Source: Octopus vulgaris | Lineage: Eukaryota | Reading direction: 5' to 3' | Assembly: GCA_951406725.2 (NCBI GenBank) | Contig: OX597832.1 | Location: 69,378,001 to 69,442,000, forward strand | Length of the DNA stretch: 64,000 nt | Shown here: positions 51,433 through 64,000 of the stretch, one piece after another | How positions within the stretch are numbered: position 1 is the first letter of the stretch | Layout: each line of letters starts with the position of its first letter | Notes under the pieces: generated by a model | Seen by the model: the letters and a program-made list of their open reading frames with translations, nothing else | Databases searched by the model: none | What the model was told of the DNA's origin: nothing | Program-made: the position numbers and the translations under genes

Positions 51433-51820
51433 GGCGCAGGTAAGGCTGTGTGTTCAAGAAACTCGCTTTGCATCAAAGTCGTTTCATGTTCAATCCCACT
51501 GCATGGTACCTAGCTGAAGTGTTTTCTACTTTGGTACCGGACCATCAAATGTGAGTGAATTTGATAAACGGAAACTGTGTGGAAACCCGTCGTATATGTG
51601 TGTGTATATGTCCAAGCGCGTGTATGTCTGATTTTCCTTCCCCGCTTGAAAACCGGTGTTGGTCTTTTTACGTCCTCGTAACTTAGCAGTTCGATAAAAG
51701 AGACCGAGGGAATAAGTACCGGACATGAATAAACACGTGAATATTGGGGTCGATTTGTTCAACTAGAATCCTTGAAGGTGGTGCTCCAGTATGGCCGCAG
51801 TCACATGACTGATACAAAAA
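51433..51820 (+). mobile_element. SINE family 2, diverged full-length copy with CR1-type tail
   Basis: Collinear with 37433-37852; tail GGTGGTGCTCCAGTATGGCCGCAGTCACATGACTG. Confidence 0.85.
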
Positions 51821-52269
51821 TTTCAAACTTCAAAAAATCTAAATTAAGCGTCCTCTGAGTTTCTGTCACGTATGCTGGAAATAGAAGGGAAAAATGAGTT
51901 CAAGCATCTACTAGTCATCAAAGTTTGAAGAACATTTTGGATAGTGTAGACACAGATATATGATTTGGACTGTCACGGTCGGTAGATAATTGAGCGATGT
52001 TGTTGTCGATCAGGATTGAAATGGATGATAAATAACAACAGTTACTAAAAAAATAGCAAGAAATGGCGGTTAAAGTTCCTTCTAGTCACATCTTAAAATA
52101 GGGACGTCACATGGTACAATGAAGTTTTAGACATTTAAAAAGGTGGGAAACTCAAAACAGACGCCGTTGTTCGTAGGTTTACTCAACCTAGGGTTGAAAG
52201 ATATCAACAACAAACTATGCAGATACAGATGCTTAACATTCAATCGTTGCTAAATCTTTATTTGGTTGA

Positions 52270-52277
52270 ATGTGTGT

Positions 52278-52350
<73 letters not shown>
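52270..52350. repeat. (TG)n
   Basis: Direct reading. Confidence 0.95.
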
Positions 52351-52354
<4 letters not shown>

Positions 52355-53932
52355 CATACATGCATACACATATATATAATTAGAGTACATGTTAACCTCG
52401 TGAATGGACGGTTGAATCCAAGGAAATACTGATTCAATACCTAGTATTTTGGGGGAATGAAATTCCCTTAAAACAATAGGTATATATTAAGCATATGGGT
52501 TATATCCAGTTGAAGGATAGGAAATTGAAATTAGGAAGTTAATTATTTATTATTAACAATTTGGTCATCTTCGCTTCTTACAGACGTTTCAATTAATATT
52601 CAATTTAAATACAAATTTGTACATTAAATTTGCATTTATGTGACATGAGCATAATTTCATCAGAGAAAAATTATGTACATTGAGATGTTATATGCAGACC
52701 TATCCATTTTAGCAGACTCTGAAACGGATAGGTACACACACACACACGTATGTATATATGTAATTGCTTAACTAAAGTTTGCATTACTTAGTTTGGATTT
52801 CAAACGAACTTACAGATGCCTGATGATTCAAACATTTGTTTGCTCTGTCATTCTGCAATTATTCTACATTTTACTATAAACCTGTTCTAATTTCTGGTTT
52901 TACTCTCTGGATTATAGTTTCTGGCATTGATTCCATAAAGTGCTGATGGTCAGAGAATATAATCGGACGACAAGAGCAGTTACTCCAAATTGAGGTTACC
53001 CAGTGTAGACAAAGATGACGGCGTGTAAAGAATTTCATCAAATACTCAAGTGTCGAATAGAATAATCGAGAAAGCTGTACATCGGAAAATAATATGCTTC
53101 AGAACATTTAGAGGCATTTTGAGTCCAAATCCTTCTGTGGAAAACTGACTTTATTCTCTGTTGACAGAGTTGAAGCGTTGTACAGTTAACAATACCTCTT
53201 CTTCCTTGGCTACCTTGAACGGAGCTCACTCTGTAGCAATCACATAGAACTAATCAACAGTTTGGAGATAATCAATCAGTCGTGGTGTCTTGCTACCTCA
53301 CACAGAGCATTGTCAGGAACCATAGAAATAAGGTCAGTGGGACCTCACTCTTCATAGAAAAATCCTTTTAGCGGAGGCGCTACATAAATACGAGTACTAA
53401 ATGTGATAACATATCCTGAAAAACTTTTCAAAATCATGCGTAGTCACATGATCTTCTTACACATGAATATTTGTTATTTATCACTGCAAAAGGTCATACA
53501 TTTTAGGCATATCATTGAAACTAACTGATGGAGCCTTTCATTTAGTTCCTGTCAGATAACTAATTAAATAATCGAACCTTTAAAGATTGATAGCTAAACT
53601 AAACCACAACGAAATTTTGAACAGGGAACCAACATACTGCTTCTAGGTACACAAACATCTAGTATTAAATACAATTCTTTTCTACTCTCATTTCTCTCAT
53701 TCATACTCTACCACTGATATGTGTATATGTGTACATATATATAAATACATACATATTTATACACACACATGTATACGCCCACACACACATATACATACTG
53801 GTATACATATTCATAATATGCATATATATATGTGTGTATATATAATTACATACATACACATAATTATATAGAAACACATACATAAATTCATACCAGCATA
53901 TAAACCAATAGCACTCTCTTTCTCTCTCTCTC

Positions 53933-53973
<41 letters not shown>

Positions 53974-54714
53974 ACACACACACACACACATACATATAAA
54001 GAAAGAGGGGGAGGTAAGAGAGGAAAGATATATTAGTTTGGTATGAAATATATATATATATCAAAACACATATAAACATATATTCAAATGTATATACATT
54101 CAAATATATGTACATACATATGTTTGTGTATGTATATATACATATAAATATATATATTCAAAGGCACACACACACGTGCATACACCCCATTACACACATA
54201 TAATATCTACTCTATTAGTATATACTCACGGTGAAATCTGAAATATGAATAATTCCGTTAGCACACTGACACAGACGTCTACTTATCGCGTAATTTATAT
54301 TCATACAGAGAATACTTAGAATATAATTCAATGTGATTTTTAATCTCAGTTGAAGATAATGTAGGAGCAAGTGATGGGAGAGCAAGCGTGGCAGTGATAG
54401 AAGAGCAGGAAAAGGAAATACAAAGAGTAGGAGAGGGTGGAGAAAAAGAGAAAGCATAAGATGAGAGAGAGAGAAAGAGAGAGTGTGTGTGTGTGTGCGT
54501 GTGGGAAATTAAAAAGAAAAAGAGAGAAAGGAAAATGGGAGAAAGAATAGATGAAACAAGTGCGAGATGAAAGTGTGTATATATATATGTATGTATGTAT
54601 GTAATACATATTATGTATGTATGTATATATGCATGTATGTGTGCGTCAGTATGTATATGTATGTGCATACATATACATATATACATATATATTTTCTCTC
54701 CCATATACATATAT

Positions 54715-54746
<32 letters not shown>

Positions 54747-55256
54747 AGGTATACACGTATACTTACATATATTTGTATGTAGGAAAAGAGGGAAAGAGAG
54801 AAAGAAGAAAACATCGAGAGAAGAGAATTATACAAATCAGAAATTACTTTTCGCCAAATCTGATAAACCTACAGTTTGATATCTAATTAGATATCTCATT
54901 AGTCAATTATACAATTGAAAAGAAGAAAATACAAAGCGAAATATTTAAAACATTTAAAACAACTAATGAAACAAAGACAAATTTAGTTTTTAACCTAACA
55001 TAATGAGTTATTTCCAACAGGGTGGTCAACTGACAGAATAAGAGGAACGAAACCGTTTATTTCGATATTTAAATTAGAATTATGATTATGTTGGAGTGCT
55101 GCCATTTTTTCTAAAATTTATTTCTAAAACGTTCATTGTAAAAGAAAAACGTTTGGATAAAATGGTTTTCATTATATTGAATATTTCATGTGATTTTTAA
55201 TTTGTTTTCTTAGACATTTATTGTTTAATAGTCTTCCTTTGCATTTCTAGCAGAAC

Positions 55257-55285
55257 AGAGAGAGAAAGAGAGTGAGAGAGAGAGA

Positions 55286-55358
<73 letters not shown>
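55257..55358. repeat. (GA)n
   Basis: Direct reading. Confidence 0.96.
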
Positions 55359-55359
<1 letters not shown>

Positions 55360-55554
55360 AAAACAAATACCAGTCCTATTCAAAAAAATATTTAGAAACA
55401 TGGCTTGCAGTTTTAAGGGGAGAAAGTTAGTGGAAAGCATCAACTTTAGGACTGGACGGGTTTTTTTTTTATTCTCTCAATCTCGACCCCCGTATTTATT
55501 TTTAAGTCTTGTCGCTAATCTGTCCTTATCTTTTGCTATACAGCTATATTATGG

Positions 55555-55780
55555 AGACACAAATAAACCAACACCGCTTCTCAAGTGGTGGAAAAATAGA
55601 CAGGTATACACACGTATTCTCTTTCTGATATATATATATATATATATAAGAAAAGCTTCCACATAGTTTCCGTATAGCCAAATTCACATACAAGGCATTG
55701 GTAGGCCCAAAGTTATAGGAGAAGGCGATTGCTTGAAAACCATGCAGTGGGACTGAACCTGAAATCACGTGGTTGCAAAT
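55555..55780 (-). mobile_element. SINE family 2 fragment, diverged
   Basis: AAATTCACATACAAGGCATTGGT...CAGTGGGACTGAACC matches the reverse complement of 37480-37590. Confidence 0.7.
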
Positions 55781-56130
55781 GGAGAATCTATCAAACTCTG
55801 CTAATGTATAATCTGAATATATTTCTATTTGTTCTTCTAAATCACTGCTTTCCCATTTCAGCCACCAGTAGTTTTTACTCCCTTATATATTAATTAGTTT
55901 TTAATATAGTGTGCTTCACTGAAGAATAAACCTGCAATAAACAATAAATCATTTGCCAGTTTCCGTAACCATACTGCTAATGGTAATTAATTATGCCTTC
56001 CCATTATATACAATTTGTAAAATAACGTATCTGCGAATTAATGAGAAATAATTGCCGATTCTGTATTTTTCTTCTGTTTATTGCACTTTATTTATTTAGG
56101 ATTATTTAAACCCTCTGTGTCTCTCTCTGC

Positions 56131-56191
<61 letters not shown>

Positions 56192-56293
56192 AGCGTAAAC
56201 ATACACTCATATATAATCCTTTGCTGCGTAGAGGAATTTCCAACAGATGGCATTCAATTCGTAGGTTTGCATTTTTTAAAACTGAGCTTCTTT

Positions 56294-56472
56294 ATGTATG
56301 TATGTATGTATTTATGTATGTATGTATGTATGTATGTATGTATGTATGTATGTATGTATGTATGTATGTATGTATGTATGTATGTATGTATGTATGTATG
56401 TATGTATGTATGTATGTATGTATGTATGTATGTATGTATGTATGTATGTATGTATGTATGTATGTATGTATG
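56294..56472. repeat. (TATG)n tetranucleotide repeat
   Basis: Direct reading. Confidence 0.97.
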
Positions 56473-57419
56473 CATACATACATGCATCAGCCCATCTATA
56501 TTTCTATGTCTATATACATTTGTTTATCTATACATGTATTTTCTTTCTCATTACCTGCTCTCTCTTTCTCTCCCATTCTTGATATTTTAACCAAAATTTA
56601 TCTCGTCGTAAATATGACATAAATATTATAAAATTATTTCGAAACTTTTGATTGTTTTATTTTATTTGTTTTTATAATTATTTCCTTTTGTTTGTTTATT
56701 TGTTAATTATTCATTTATTTCAATATCTCTTTAATTTTCGTTGAATGTAATTGAAACGTTATATTAACATCGCTGATACACCAAGAACGATTATAATTTA
56801 ACGCTGTATTATTTGCATTCACCGAGTTTTTTCACAGCCCAGTAAGCTTTCTGCATTATCAGTGAATTGTTTATTCATTGCCTCCTATAAATCGAAGTCC
56901 GTATTTCGTTCTGACAGGTGGCAAATAGGTGCTAGGTATTGAACATCCTTCAAAAAGGCGAAATACCTCTTCACGTCACACCCCCATTCTTTTGTAGATG
57001 TATTGTGGGGCTAAAATTTGCTAAACAAGTCGCTGATTAGCTGCTTTAGTTTATTTTAAAATATTTTATTTACTTTTCTTCGTTGTCTTTTAATTTACTC
57101 ATTTTAATATGTTCCAGTAAGGGGCGTTTCTGATACCTAAAACGGCTCACTGTACTCAAGTGAATTACATATGAATAGGTGTAAATTGAGTCGACCCTGC
57201 TTCGTTCGACAGTAAAATATTTGAGGCTCATAAACTGTTCAGAAGAATAATCTTATTGCTCATGTTACAAGACAACTACTACTGTACACCTATATTTATA
57301 CCTTTATGAGTGTAAGGTGCTTTAGTGTTGATGGTGTAACTGATTACAGATTATGAAATAACCATAATCTATGGAATAAATGTATTATCTCACAGTTTTT
57401 TCCTTGTAAATCAATATTT

Positions 57420-58504
57420 GTGAACCCATGGATAGGTGAAAAATTCATGTTGTTTATGAATATAAGTTCCGTCGTGAAACCAACGCATCCCAAACAGCTC
57501 GAAACATCAATGAGGTGTTTGTTGAAGATGTGGCGCACTGTAAGTCGATGGTTTGAGAAGCTCCGGTCTAGTTACTTTACTCCTAGAAATCAGAACCGTG
57601 GTAGACCTGAGACCAAGGTGGATAACAATGAGTTGGAAAATGCAGTGGAAGCGGATACATCTCAAACTGCGCATGAGTTAGCAGCAAGGTTTGATTATTC
57701 GATTCCAATTGTGTTAGACCATCTGAAACAAACCGGCAGGTAAAGAAGCCGCACAAGTGGGTACCACACGAACTGAACGAGCATCAAATGACACGTCATT
57801 TTGAAACTTGCTGTTCTTTGCTGTCACGGAATAAAAGCGAACCGTTTTAGCATCGTATTGTTACGTGTGATGTAAAATGGATTCTCTTCAACAATAGCAA
57901 GCATTCTACACGGTGGTTGGATAGAGACGAAGTACCAAACACAATCTAAAAAAGAATACTCACCAACAAAAGCTAATGGTGTCCGATTGGCGGTCCAGCG
58001 CTGGTGTCTTCCACTACAGCTTCATGAGACCTGGTAAGTCAATTACAGTGAATGCATACATCAACCAATTGGATGAAATGATGAGTGAACTTGCAATTAA
58101 AGAACCGAGATTGGTGAACAGAGACAGGCTAATTCGTTTGCAAGACAATGCTTGACCACATGTTGCATAAAGAACGCTACTCAAGTTACAGAAACTGAAC
58201 TTAGCAGTAACCTGTCCTCCACCATATTCACCAGACCTTGCTCCAACTGACTATCACGTTTTCCGGGCATTAGACAACTTTTTGTAAGGAAATAAACTAC
58301 AAATCTGAAAAAGATGTAAAACAGCCTTTCGTGATTTCATCACCTATTGCTCTCCAGAATTCTTCGCTGCCGGCACTACCGATAAAATGTCAAAATTGTG
58401 TTGATAATTTGGGTGCATACTTTGATTAACTGCATTGCTTTTTGCTGAGATAAAGTGAAATAAACTTTCAGTTCGAAATCGGACATTTCATTCATAATGA
58501 CTTG

Positions 58505-58506
<2 letters not shown>
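57420..58506 (+). mobile_element. Inactive mariner transposon (DD34D); left TIR not recognised
   Basis: WVPHEL, IVTCDVKWILFNN, HQQKLMV, LQDNA*PH, PPYSPDLAPTDYHVF; probable right TIR ...GGACATTTCATTCATAATGACTTGATA. Confidence 0.88.
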
Positions 58507-58547
<41 letters not shown>

Positions 58548-59228
58548 CATACATAAATGCGCATACACATTCATACATATATTCATATGAATACGTGTGT
58601 TTTCCCTGTCATGATGCAGCAAGACGATATAAAGAAATATTACTTTTTGAGCTCAATCATAGCATTTCCTTGATAGTTTGTTTTACATTTGCTAAACTTC
58701 TAACATGTTAAAGTCAATTTAATAGATATCGCTTGTCTTTTGTTTATTTTTATGGTGCTTGGAACTCGTACAATTAAACGAAAGTTAACGACAGTGATAG
58801 ATTGTTTGCATGACGATATGTCGAGATATGGAAAGAGATAAAAAGGAGGACCAGCGAAAATGCGAAACAGTAGACAAAAATAATAAAAAATACAATATAT
58901 GTATACGCAAGTGTGTGTATATATGTATATATATATATATATATATTCTACTGAAAGTAAAGAAATTCGCGAACGCAGGATACTAAGAAGACAGCGTAGA
59001 AAATCGGGTAAATACAAGTTGGGCTTATACAAGTTGCAATCTTACGACAGTAATATCTAAGAGAAAAGTACGGTAAACGCAGTTAAGGATGTCTTTAAGT
59101 TGTGCTTACTCAACTACGTTCTGAGTCGATCTTGATACTTTTGATGTTGAATCCCTTAGAACTGCGTAATGGATGATCGAAATAAATCTTTAAAAATTAT
59201 AGTATATTGGTAGTGATATATTTAAACC

Positions 59229-59607
59229 GTGGAGGCGCAATGGCCCAGTGGTTAGGGCAGCGGACTCGCGGTCGTAGGATCGCGGTCTCGATTCCCAGAC
59301 CGGGCGTTGTGAGTGTTTATTGAGCTAAAACACCTAAAGCTCCACGAATCTCCGGCAGGGATGGTGGTGATCTCTGCTGTACTCTTTCACCACAACTTTC
59401 TCTTACTTCCTGTTTCTGTTGTACCTGTATTTCAAAGGGCCGGCCTTGTCACTCTCTGTGTCACGCTGAATATCCCCGAGAACTACGTTAAGGGTACACG
59501 TGTCTGTGGAGTGCTCAGCCACTTACACGTTAATTTCACAAGCAGGCTGTTCCGTTGATCGGATCAACCGGAACCCTCGTCGTCGTAACCGATGGAGTGC
59601 TTCCTTG
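59229..59607 (+). mobile_element. SINE family 3: full-length tRNA-derived SINE with a perfect 12-bp TSD
   Basis: Head GGAGGCGCAATGGCCCAGTGGTTAGGGCAGCGGACTCGCGGTCG...GGTCTCGATTCCC; TSD TATATTTAAACC at 59217-59228 and 59608-59619. Confidence 0.9.
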
Positions 59608-59722
59608 TATATTTAAACCAGAGAATACTTACCATTCAATCCAATTCGATATAATTGTTTTTTTTTTCATTCCAGCTCCATCTTGTACACACACACACAC
59701 ACATCTCTCTATACATGTATGT

Positions 59723-59765
<43 letters not shown>

Positions 59766-59809
59766 TATATTATATTATATTATATTATATATCATATATA
59801 TATTATATA

Positions 59810-60560
59810 TTAGCAGTGATACCCGTTGTTGATCCGGTAATTACTGTTTCTCGGGAGTCACATTGAAAGTTTTATCATATAATTTACTCCTCCGGTATGT
59901 GTATAGTTTTATAAGAGAAAAATATGTAATAATTGAAGTAGAAAAAAGATCATTTTCATTCATGAACATTGTTTGTTTATTATATGACAATAAGTTAGTT
60001 TTATGTGTTATTTTATCTATTAATATAGTAATGGTATTATATAATATTGTTGTAAGAGAATAAACATGTAATAATTGAAGTAGAAGAAAGATCAATTTCA
60101 TATACCAACTTCTGTTTGTTTATTATACGACAATAATAAATGAGTTGTGTTATATTATTTGTTAATACAATATTGGCAATTATATAACACATACATACAC
60201 CTGCTTACAATAATAGTGATTACTGTATAATTTCTATGTTCATTATTGTTGGTTTACAATATTGGAAAAAATACGTCACCAAAGAAAAGATGTCATCTCT
60301 CCATAAACTAGTATAACTGGTATGCAAGGAACGAAGATGGCGTCACCTTTACCACAATCAGTGAGAATATTTGCCTCACTGCAGTTCTTTATAGGTTTGT
60401 GTACAATTAATGTTGTACCACTGCATAATTTTTGTTGAGACAAATTAGGCAATAGAATAATAGTTTCCTTTGAACTATTTACTTTCATTTTGGAGGACAA
60501 ACAAACGAACATACAAAAAACGGACAGAATCTCTGATGGGGCCAGTGTGTTAAAATGTGT
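59810..60560 (-). mobile_element. Helitron relic with a Pif1-like helicase C-terminal fragment
   Basis: ORF 60276-60608 contains IILLPNL...LCSGTTLIV...NCSEANILTDCGKGDAIFVPCIP, matching the RepHel MLLRNL..LCNGTRL...ILTG..KG..VFIPRIP pattern; decayed 3' hairpin and CTAA end near 59810-59838; ~140-bp internal tandem duplication. Confidence 0.72.
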
Positions 60561-62288
60561 GAAGAAATATATATACATGTATGTATGTATGTCTATACAT
60601 ATATACATATAATGTAAACATGTATGTGTATGTGTGCATGTGTGTGTACGTGTCTGTGTGCTTGTGTAATTGTGTGTATATTTGTGTATGTGTCTATAGA
60701 CGTGCGTATGTTTACATACAAATATATGTGTATGTATCTACAATTTCTGTTTGAATATAATTCAAAATAGCAATGTCTTCAACGCGAACAATAGTTTTAA
60801 GTTCTCTACATGCAAGAATTAACGGGTAACAAGACATAACTCAAGTTTCATCTTTGTACAAAGCTACACACAGTTGGCAGGGATGTAATTTTTATTGCAA
60901 TGATCGCATCTTTTAGATGTGCACATCGGTAACATTCGTCAATTTCTTGAAAATGGCGGTCATAACCCCGAGATATTGAATACAAGGTAAGTGTACATTA
61001 ATTCACATATTTGTTTTCTTGTGATTTACCTTGCATTTACTTCGCATTGTTTTGGCCTTTCCCACGATCTCTTATACAATATATTCTACACAATGCTTCA
61101 CAGTAAATTATTCCATTATAATGTATATATGTGTGTGTACATATATATAAATATTTGTACATAGTACATGTTTATATATGTAAAGTATGTAAATATATAT
61201 ACTGGTGGACATGGTAAGCTCTTTGAAAACCTGATGTTCTCTTAAGCAAACAGAGAGCAGTAAGAGAAGAAGAGATATTTCTATAACGGTTAGAATATTC
61301 ACTGCTGAAACTTCGAAAAGTATATCTGCAAATTATCTCCGAAACATATGTAAAAGAATTAACATTTTCTGCTTACTTCAGAGAACAAGATATTTACAAA
61401 TAACTTGTTATTTATAAAGATGTTAAATAAACAACCACGTATTATCTGTTTTATATGTTTAAGGTTCTCTTAAGACATGTTATATATAAATGGCTATTAT
61501 TTAATTTATCTTACGTAACTGACTCTTTATGGTATGTCTTGATAAACTGCTGTTATATATAGCGATTCATTTTATTAGTTGTTTGGGAAACCGAAATATA
61601 AAGGTACCTCTTCTCTGAGGATTTGACGATGAAACCATGAAACAGGTTTATATTAACTTTTCTGTTTTCTTACGGGAACAATAAAACATTTTCCATTCAT
61701 CAGCAATATTTAGTCAATATTCGAAATACAAAACTGTAGATTAATCTGCAATATACATTTTCTGTCACACATTAAATTATATCTATCTATCTCACTATAA
61801 ACTACACATGCCATTCGCAATCGAAGAGGATTCGGTAGCATGCCCCGAGTCTTCGCTAGTTGCTTTAGGGTGATCTTCAAGTCGCGAGTAGATGCAGAAA
61901 ACCTCAAAGATTTCTCATACTTGAATCAGCTGAACACTGAAGATGTAACATGACGAGAAAAGGTTACCGTGGAGCAAGGCGAGTGCTTTATTTATTAGCA
62001 CCGAAAGAATAAAAGGCAAATCTGACTTTAGCAGCATTTGACTTCATACCGCAATGCACTCGAACAAATAGAGCAACGCATTTTCTCTGATGCTCTTATA
62101 TTTATGCAAGCAAGCGCGCACACACTTCTCGTCTTCTCCGAAGGAACGACAGTCATGGCATCCGTACACGATGTAATAAGATGATAAACGTGAAATGCCC
62201 CTCGTCTGTTTGTAACAGTGAGTGCTTTCTTATTGCGGATTATTACGATCATCTCTCCCTCTCACACAGAGAGTGTATGTATATATAC

Positions 62289-62342
<54 letters not shown>

Positions 62343-62834
62343 AAATTTAATGCACATACGCACAAGAACACACATACACGTCTATACAGACATCTGTATG
62401 TGTGTGTGTCTATATATATATATATGTATAAAGAGAGAGAGACCCACCACACATACACACACACACACACACACACGTGTGTATATCCTTCAGTTTTCTT
62501 CTTCTCAACATGCAGACGTTGAATAACTTATTCAGCCCAAGGATACTATTTTCTTTGTAGCTCAAGTTTTACTTTTATAACACGTTGCCAACATGTTATA
62601 TGCAATTGATTAGATTTTTACTCCTCCCCTTCTCTTCCTCTTCCTTCACCTCCACCCACAATTCCTCCTCTTCTTTCTTCTCTGGTCGTTGTTCATCTTA
62701 TTTTCCTTCTTCCTCTTCTTTCTCTTTTCCTTCTTTTCATTCTTCCATATATCTCTTGAAACGAATCAGAAGACCAACATAGTGCTTTATATATCCTCGT
62801 CGAAAAAGGCTTAGATAAAAGGTAGAGAGAGAGA

Positions 62835-62894
<60 letters not shown>

Positions 62895-63236
62895 CAAGTA
62901 TGTATGTATACGTATATACGTGTATATATGTGTGCATATGTTTGCATGTATGTGCGTTTACACCTTGCTAGAGGAGTGCGTATGTGTGTATTTGCTAACG
63001 TCAGGCATACAAACAGATAGGATAGTGAAGGGTAGAAGAACGGGAGATAAAACTGAAGGGGAGAGGGAAAAGACAGATTCCGAATAGAAAAATAAAAGGG
63101 GGAGGTAAATACATGCAGGTATGCATACATATACGCACACTTAGATATAGATATATACACACTATCTCACACACATATACATATACGCATGTATGATATA
63201 TGTATATGTGTATATGCATGTATCACTTTGTATCAG

Positions 63237-63282
<46 letters not shown>

Positions 63283-63469
63283 TTAGAAGTATGTGTGAAT
63301 GCATGTGTGTATGTATGACTGCGTGATCACGATATCACTCGTATTAGAAGGGGAGGCACACTGATTCCCTTTAGAGAAAATACAGCAGATTTTGAAGAAT
63401 GACTTTCAAATGCTAGAAGAATGTATAAATGCATAGGACTCCGTTGCAATGAATACCTAAGTACAGACA

Positions 63470-63624
63470 TATGCGTGTGTGTATGTGCGTATGCATATAT
63501 ATATATATGCACACACGTACAGATATGCACACGCACACACACACACACATATATATATATATACACACACACGTTTGTCATTGCAAGATAAAACATTGCA
63601 TAAAGAGTACGCACACACACACAC

Positions 63625-63688
<64 letters not shown>

Positions 63689-63972
63689 ATATATATATAC
63701 ATATGTATATATATTATGTATATATTCATATATATATATATGAGTATATATATATTATATATATATATATATTCATATATATATGTACATATGTATACAT
63801 ATTCATATATTTATATATATATATATATTCATATATATATGTACATATGTATACATATTCATATATTTATATATATATATATATATGTAAATATGTATTA
63901 TATATATTCATATACATGCATAAACTGTATATATATATATATATATATATATACGCACACACACACACGCGC
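63470..63972. repeat. (TA)n/(CA)n compound low-complexity tract
   Basis: Direct reading. Confidence 0.95.
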
Positions 63973-64000
63973 GTAAGTATGTATTTATTATCCAAGAAGC

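Noticed and set aside
59231-59305. tRNA gene
   Set aside because: The tRNA-like head continues into a ~300-bp body flanked by a TSD, with no proper acceptor stem; it is a SINE
60850-61060. Plus-strand donor AG|GTAAGT near 60987 and a minus-strand CDHCNKNYI remnant
   Set aside because: No supporting open frame or acceptor, and not enough motifs for an element call

Overview
Eukaryotic, AT-rich, microsatellite-dense animal DNA. The SINE families and (TA)n/(CA)n/(TATG)n load suggest a cephalopod (Octopus-like) genome, which is an inference. The window is almost entirely intergenic or intronic and built from transposable elements: a young 5'-truncated CR1-type LINE with an uninterrupted ORF2 (~282-3150), an ORF1/gag-only L1/Tx1-like element (6410-7941), two near-full-length RTE LINEs of different subfamilies (16362-20160 minus; 37891-41953 plus), four R4/Dong-type RLE LINE relics, most next to (AAT)n tracts, two dead mariners, two MITEs, two Helitron relics, a Penelope-like fragment and many tRNA-derived SINEs. 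One candidate host terminal exon lies on the minus strand (29713-29967). Most short ORFs in the supplied track are microsatellite artefacts. Main leads: (1) a ~165-nt, highly structured 5' leader ~95% identical between two otherwise divergent RTE elements (candidate ribozyme or promoter module); (2) a modular SINE set in which one shared hairpin is followed by three different 3' tails, two of which match 3' ends of LINE-type elements in this same window.
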